26,907 bases of DNA, taken from positions 1 through 26,907 of IMG/VR virus record IMGVR_UViG_3300008952_002394; one strand, 5' to 3'. This DNA comes from a virus. Taxonomy: Duplodnaviria; Caudoviricetes. Position 1 is the first letter of the stretch; each line of letters opens with the position of its first letter. Made by a program: the position numbers and the translations under genes. Below, one piece after another: positions 26,032 to 26,907 of the stretch. Below the pieces are notes generated by a model. It was given only the letters and a program-made list of their open reading frames with translations, ran no database searches and had not been told where the DNA came from.

Positions 26032-26628
26032 CTATATAGGGTAATCTATACCCGGTATATCTCGACCGGATAATACCAAAAGCCTTGCCGCGTTAATGGT
26101 CGAGGCTTTCAATTCAAAAACAAATGACTTTCCTTTCACCTTGGAATAAAACTGTGCAATCTTCTGGGGCTTGAACCCGCCAAGATCCGTCTGCTTTCCT
26201 CCCTTTTCTACCAGAGAAATCTTATCATTCGTCTCTGGCCCCGAAAACACAATTGCAAATTGATTGTATTCATCCATCAACTTGGTTGCCAAATCATAAC
26301 TAATGCCGGGAACAAACAAAGAAGGTTCCTTGACGGATTGAATGTTTCCATCATCATCCTCTTCCTGCCCGTGCCCGACCAACTTGAAGAAACCAAGATT
26401 TGCAGAGCGAATCTGCTGCTGGAGTCTCTTGAAGTCTGACTTGTTTTTTGATGGCTTATTCTCATCCCGATAGGAAGTAAGAATTGCCCATGAACTCAAC
26501 TTCTCCTTCTTGATATGCTGATACACCCGACCCAAAGAAACTTCATTTAGTTCGTCTCTGGTCTTGGCATTAATCACATGATTCCAAGTTATTTCTTCAT
26601 CATGAATAGACTCTTTCAACGTCTTCAT
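26032..26628 (-). CDS. Phage hypothetical protein (198 aa)
   Basis: GGAGG RBS. Pattern EVSLGRV..H, AILTSYR, LGFFKLVG.GQE, KEPSLFV and YNQ resembles, from memory, a conserved family in large T4-like phages (unverified). Confidence 0.75.
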   Translation of the reverse strand: MKTLKESIHDEEITWNHVINAKTRDELNEVSLGRVYQHIKKEKLSSWAILTSYRDENKPSKNKSDFKRLQQQIRSANLGFFKLVGHGQEEDDDGNIQSVKEPSLFVPGISYDLATKLMDEYNQFAIVFSGPETNDKISLVEKGGKQTDLGGFKPQKIAQFYSKVKGKSFVFELKASTINAARLLVLSGRDIPGIDYPI

Positions 26629-26632
26629 GACA

Positions 26633-26797
26633 CTACTCCTCCCATACCTCTATTGCACCATCGTTCTCTACAAATGCCAATTTGATTGGCTTACGAACCT
26701 TCGGGTCTACATCCTCATAATGATCCCGAAACCTCTGCTTGAAAGGTTCTACGTTCATCCCTTCCCCTAGAACAATTACTCCGACCTGCTGCTTCAT
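26633..26797 (-). CDS. Small hypothetical protein (54 aa)
   Basis: Below the ORF-track cutoff. Hand translation gives MKQQVGVIVLGEGMNVEPFKQRFRDHYEDVDPKVRKPIKLAFVENDGAIEVWEE. AAGGA RBS and an ATGA overlap with the upstream ORF. Confidence 0.65.
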   Translation of the reverse strand: MKQQVGVIVLGEGMNVEPFKQRFRDHYEDVDPKVRKPIKLAFVENDGAIEVWEE

Positions 26798-26907
26798 TTT
26801 TTAACTATATCCTTTTCTTCAATAAAAATATTTAATTTATCTCTATTTAATTTCTCAACCACCGCCGCTGCCACGAAGTCCGCCACGGGATTGTCATTTC
26901 CTAATTG
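26794..26907 (-). CDS. C-terminal fragment of an upstream ORF entering from the window edge
   Basis: Open frame ...QLGNDNPVADFVAAAVVEKLNRDKLNIFIEEKDIVKK* whose TGA overlaps the next ATG (ATGA at 26797-26794). Confidence 0.55.
   Translation of the reverse strand, partial: QLGNDNPVADFVAAAVVEKLNRDKLNIFIEEKDIVKK

Noticed and set aside
26030-26070. Short inverted repeats (GGGT/ACCC, CCGGT/ACCGG) at the 3' end of the 198-aa ORF
   Set aside because: The stems are only 4-5 bp, lie inside coding sequence and have no U-tract, so they are likely chance.
26829-26849. Two TAAATA motifs on the minus strand as T4-type late promoters
   Set aside because: Neither matches the full TATAAATA consensus. They lie in an AT-rich open frame where such hexamers are expected by chance.
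1-26907. Stop-codon reassignment, as in some large phages
   Set aside because: Genes are full length in the standard code, and TAA, TGA and TAG (24680, 26633) all end genes.
1-26907. CRISPR arrays, tRNAs, rRNA, transposases, integrases, introns or inteins
   Set aside because: I saw no repeat-spacer periodicity, cloverleaf or mobile-element motifs, and there is almost no intergenic space to hold them.

Overview
All convincing genes lie on the minus strand, and the window reads as a fragment of a large T4-like (myovirus-type) phage genome. At the left end is a partial T4-type RNase H/5'-3' exonuclease (rnh), a SAM methyltransferase and a GC-richer phage hypothetical gene with a near-consensus sigma70 promoter. 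At the right end are small phage hypothetical genes, including a likely winged-HTH protein followed by a strong UUCG-loop terminator. Between these flanks is a ~23 kb, AT-rich, tightly overlapped 27-gene glycan-biosynthesis island (2848-25645). It carries about 9 glycosyltransferase-like ORFs (GT-A, GT-B and a GT29 sialyltransferase-like one), 4 SAM methyltransferases (one a sugar C-methyltransferase), 2 2OG-Fe(II) oxygenases and NDP-sugar enzymes (PseB-like dehydratase, 2 DegT aminotransferases, N-formyltransferase, RmlC-, RmlD- and FdtA-like proteins, an epimerase), plus WbqC and PIG-L proteins. The most striking module is GT29-like transferase + CMP-ulosonate synthetase + HpcH/HpaI pyruvate aldolase + SIS-HAD fusion, which suggests a NeuB/KdsA-independent route to a sialic-acid/Kdo-like sugar. 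I see no membrane, flippase, polymerase or lipid-carrier genes, so a soluble target (virion protein or DNA) is the leading hypothesis. Family calls come from motifs recognised by eye; no database searches were run.
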